From: Octopus sinensis
Lineage: Eukaryota
DNA length: 64,000 bases
Assembly: GCF_006345805.1 (NCBI RefSeq)
Contig: NC_043001.1
Location: 27,776,001-27,840,000, forward strand
Direction: 5' to 3'
A program made the translations under genes and the position numbers. Each line of letters opens with the position of its first letter. The stretch's first letter is position 1. The notes under the pieces were generated by a model. The model was given only the letters and a program-made list of their open reading frames with translations. It did no database searches and was not told where the DNA came from. Below, in pieces: positions 59,619 through 64,000 of the stretch.

Positions 59619-60059
59619 TTAACCCTTTAGCATTTAAATGGGCCATATCTGGCTGAAATATTTGATGTTTTATGTTAAAATTGACAGGATCTGACCTTTC
59701 ACACCTACCCTGCAATGTTATTCTGAAAATAAACAGTTGCATCATAGAAATATTGGATCTATGAGATAAGGCATAATTAATTTCAAACAATATGAGTAGG
59801 TGCAGGCATGGCTGTGTGGTTAGGGAGCTTGCTTCCTAGCTACATGGTTTCGGGTTCAGTCCCACTGCGTGGCACTCCGGGTAGGTGTCTTCCACTATAG
59901 CCCCGAGCCGACCGGAGCTTTGTGATTGAATTCGGTAGGTGGAAGTTACTGCCGTGTGTGTATGTGTGCATATAGCTGCTAAGTGCCTCTCCGAAAGAAA
60001 GAGAGGGATGATTAATAAGAACAGCAGTTGCCAAATTAATCTGAATGTTAAAGGGTTAA
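59619..60059. mobile_element. Family D piggyBac-like MITE inserted at TTAA in a family B SINE remnant, itself carrying a family B SINE piece
   Basis: gacaacc-TTAA-ccctttagc...gttaaaggg-TTAA-gcaagcgtctt; SINE head at 59797-59970. Confidence 0.8.
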
Positions 60060-60099
60060 GCAAGCGTCTTTCAATGAATCTACACAGTACATATACAAT

Positions 60100-60506
60100 A
60101 GGTGCAGGAGTGTCTGTGTGCTTACCAACCACATGGTTCTCGGTTCATTCCCACTGCGTAACACCTTGGGCAAGTGTTTTCTACTATAGCCTCAGATCGA
60201 CCAAAGCCTTGTCAGTGGATTTGGTAGACGGAAACTGAAGGAAGCATGTCGTATATACGTATACATATATATATGTGTGTGTATATGTTTGTGCGTCTGT
60301 GTTTGTCCCCCCCCCCAACATTGCTTGACAACCGATGCTGGTGTGTTTACGTCCCCGTCACTTAGTGGTTCGGCAAAAGAGACCGATAGAGTAAGTACTA
60401 GGCTTACAAAGAATAAGTCCTGGAATCGATGTGCTCGACTAAAGGTGGTGCTCCAGCATGGCCACAGTCAAATGACCGAAACAAGTAAAAGAGAGTAAAA
60501 GAGAGT
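60100..60506 (+). mobile_element. Family B SINE
   Basis: Near full length; tail gtaaaagagagtaaaagagag. Confidence 0.9.
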
Positions 60507-60800
60507 ATTAATAATAAAGACAATCAAAGTTTTTTTCTGCAGCAGCACTATACAGTTAAATTTTTATGAAACAGGACAGGAAACCGTATCACTTGAGTAG
60601 AAACTTGACAGCACACTTTTCTATTCATTTCCTCTCTTGATAACAATGTCTATTAGCATTGCACTTCAAGTGGCTGTAAGAGCCTCATCAAAGAGCCGTG
60701 TAGATAAGATGATTATCTTGAACATCCCTGCCAAATCATTGATCGCAATAACAGTCAATCTCATCTCGGTACCAATCTTTATTCTTACTCTGACATCATT

Positions 60801-62289
60801 TGATCCTTTAGCATTCAGATTACTCTGTCGAATGTAATACAGTAGAACCTCGCAGTACAAGTGCCCTATTGTATGAGTAAATTACTGCATGAGCCGAGAC
60901 TCATGCGAATTTTTGTCTTGAAGTATGAGCAGATATCCACAGTACAAGCACACAAATCATCCCATCTTTAAAGTAATTCAGTTAATAAAACTAGTTTACA
61001 TATGTCTTTTCCACGTAAAAAGCACCATCCGAATCGTGGCCGAAGCCAGTGCTGCCTCGACTGGCTTCTGTGCAGGTGGCACGTAAAATGCACCAATCCG
61101 ACCGTGGCCGATGCCAGCCTCGCCTGGCACCAGTGCAAGTGGCACGTAAAAAGCACCCACTACACTCACGGAGTGGTTGGCGTTAGGAAGGGCATCCAGC
61201 TGTAGAAACATTGCCAGATAAGACCGGAGCCTGGTGCAGCCTTCTGGCTTCCCAGATCCCCGGTCGAACCGTCCAACCCATGCTAGCATGGAGAACGGAC
61301 GTTAAACGATGATGATGATGATGATGATTCTTTTTTTTATAATTGTCATTTTACTTGTAACTACACCCTTTCTGTTTTAAAACCCTTAAAAATTATTTTA
61401 GAGCAGTTTTGTGGGGCTGGAACGGATTGATTATATTTTAGTTAATTTCAAAGGAGAAAACTGATTTGTAAAACGAGTAAATTGTAAGACAAGCTCAGTC
61501 ATAGAATGAATTAAGGCGGTGAGCTGGCAGAAACGTTAGCAGGCCAGGCGAAATGCTTAGCGGTATTTCGTCTGTCGTCACGTTCTGAGTTCAAATTCCG
61601 CTGAGGTCCACTTTGCCTTTCCTCCTTTCGGGGTCGATTAAACAAGTACTAGTTATGCACTGGGGGTGATATAATCGACTTAATCCGTTTGTCTGTCCTT
61701 GTTTGTCCCCTCTGTGTTTAGCCCCTTGTGGGTAGTAAAGAAATAGGTATTTCATCTGCCACTACGTTCTGAGTTCAAATTCCGCCGAGGTCGATTAAAT
61801 AAGTACCAGTTACGCACTGGGATCGATAGAATCGACTTAATCCGTTTGTCTGTCCCTTCTGTGTTTAGCCCCTTGTGGGTAGTAAAGAAATAGGTATTTC
61901 GTCTGCCGTTATGTTCTGAGTTCAAATTCCACCGAGGTTGACTTTGCCTTACATCCTTTCGGGGTCGATTAAATAAGTACCAGTTATGCACTGGGGTCAA
62001 TATAATCGACTTAATACCTATGTCTGTCCTTGTTTGTCTCCTCTGTGTTTAGCCCATTGTGGGCAATAAAGAAATAAGAATGAATTAAGCTCATACTGCG
62101 AGGTATCACTACTCATTTATTACTATTGTTTTGATTTCAATGTGCATTATCATGTAGCTTTGCAATTTCAATGATGTGATTGTTTATTTTTAGAATGTCA
62201 TTGTAGGGTTGGTGTGGGAGGCCACATCTGGCCTAAAACAGATAGAATATTTAGGCCAGACATGGCTGTTTTAAAAGCTAAAGGGTTGA
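60801..62289. mobile_element. Nested stack: family D MITE containing a Tigger/pogo-like MITE (60840-62111), which contains a family C element (61010-61327) and a trimeric family A SINE (61514-62076)
   Basis: Outer ends atcctttagcatt / gctaaagggttga; inner TIRs ta-cagtagaacctcgcagta / tactgcgaggtatcact; SINE TSD agaatgaattaag at 61503-61515 and 62077-62089. Confidence 0.8.
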
Positions 62290-62589
62290 GAGTACTGCAT
62301 AGATACAGTGAAAGCTTTCTAGCAACCAGTTCCAAAATCATTAAGATTTCCAGTCTTCTAATTACAAAGTAGAAATCCTTAACCTGCTCCTGTATCATGA
62401 ACAGACAATGGCTTTTCTAGGTTTTAGAACAGAGTTAACATCAATGCAATAACATATCTAGGCTAGGGAGATTTTGCTGGTCATTTCCAGTACACCAGTA
62501 ATGTCATTCATAAGACCTTGCAGCGGTGGCAGTCCATGGTATTTCCTAATCTTCAGTCTTTCATTAGATGTTTTAAACTATGTAAAAGT

Positions 62590-62990
62590 AGGAGTGGCTG
62601 TGTGGTAAGTAGCTTGTTTACCAACCACATGGTTCCGGGTTCAGTCCCACTGCGTGGCACCTTGGGCAAGTGTCTTCTACTATAGCCTTGGGCTGACCAA
62701 AGCCTTGTGAGTGGATTTGGTAGACGGAAACTGAAAGAAGCCTGTTGTATATATGTATATATATATGCATGTGCGTGTATGTTTGTGTGTCTGTGTTTGT
62801 GCCCCTAGCATTGCTTGACAACCGATGCTGGTGTGTTTATGTCCCCGTCACTTAGCAGTTCGGCAAAAGAGACCGATAGAATAAGTACTGGGCTTACAAA
62901 GAATAAGTCCCGGGGTCGAGTTGCTCGATTGAAGGCGGTGCACCAGCATGGCCGCAGTCAAAATGACTGAAACAAGTAAAAAAAAAGAGA
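62590..62990 (+). mobile_element. Family B SINE, full length
   Basis: aggagtggctgtgtggtaag...gactgaaacaagtaaaaaa. Confidence 0.92.
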
Positions 62991-64000
62991 GAATATATAA
63001 ATATTAGGGCAGTGAACTGGGAGAAATGTTCGCACACTGGACAAAATGCTTAGCGGCATTTTGTCTATCATTATGTAGCGGGTAAAATTGATTGGTAAAC
63101 AATATTATGAAATGTTGGAGTCTGCAGTTGTAATGATAAAAATTTGTTGTTATAATTGCATACTGTAGGATGTGAAAGATGAACAATGCATGAAGTTTTA
63201 AGGAAATATTTATTTACCATTATGTTACAATACCTTGCCTTGATGGGCAGGTTATGATGAATCCAAAAGCATGCGAAGTAAAGTTTGTGTTTGTGTTCTG
63301 CTCATTGTTTAGTAGTAATTACTGAGAGAGATAGAATGATGTTGTAAGAGAACAGAATTAGAGCTAGTGAGAGTTGTAAGGTGTGGGATGTTGTCTCACA
63401 GTTGCTGACAGCAAACTTCATTTCTCCCTCTGCCTGACTTCATTGAGTCCGTCACCATGTGATTGGACTCGTTGAGTCGTCATCGATTGTGATTAACTGA
63501 TTTTTGCTTGGGGTGTGCTTGCTTATGTAACTATCAAGAAGGATAGATATATCATTGAGAACAATAGATTTAGTTGGTGATCTTGTTATCTCAATTCTAG
63601 CTTTTGGTGAAGTAGATGTTAGAAAGGGTCAAGTGGTGAAGACATTATTTCAGCCTGGCTAAAGGCATCTGGAAAATGTAAAACTACTGTCACAGAAAAA
63701 CCATTGTTCCACCGTGGGAAAAGTTCTGTTGCAGTGTTAATTTAAATTTGGCTATGGTGGATCGAATCCACTTAATGCATGCAAGATCCACTACAATTAC
63801 ATTCTGAGTTCAAAGGTTGACTTTGCCTTTCACCATTTTGAGGTTAGTAAAATAAGTACCAGTAAGAGCACTGGTGTCGTTTTAATCGACTTGTCCTCTC
63901 ACCCGGAACTGCTGGCCTTGTGTCAAAATTTGAAACCAATATATGGGGTTGGCCAATAGTCACCTGACAGTAAATCAAAACCATTTAATTCCAAGATTTA

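Noticed and set aside
60637-60860. Hydrophobic 64-66 aa ORFs on both strands
   Set aside because: No convincing splice sites or homology, and they run into MITE sequence.
62364-62420. MIQEQ|gttaag as an alternative first exon of the TMEM243-like gene
   Set aside because: Weak donor, no similarity support, and surrounding sequence looks like decayed repeat; cannot be fully excluded.

Overview
AT-rich eukaryotic (animal) genomic DNA. The repeat landscape suggests a coleoid cephalopod, probably Octopus; this is an inference. On the + strand, 3155-44072 holds 31 coding exons of the MASK / ANKHD1-ANKRD17 orthologue. All introns are GT-AG and phase-consistent, giving 7153 nt (about 2383 codons plus stop); the 5' exons lie upstream of the window. 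The protein has two ankyrin blocks separated by a polyQ/polyP linker, a basic NLS-like coiled coil, a KH domain (GRGG loop) and a long low-complexity tail with a PAM2-like motif. A second, convergent gene missed by the ORF track lies on the - strand (about 58895 to 50196) and encodes a ~101-aa three-TM protein resembling TMEM243. Introns and intergenic DNA are packed with tRNA-derived SINEs, RTE and CR1 LINE fragments, mariner and DD37D transposase relics, hAT-, piggyBac- and Tigger-like MITEs and a Helentron-like element, often nested. The most notable unexplained signals are two minimal hammerhead-ribozyme motifs (one with a covarying G3-C8 core), a chimeric local duplication flanked by a 13-bp direct repeat at the small gene's putative first acceptor, and several long inverted repeats that could be ADAR substrates.
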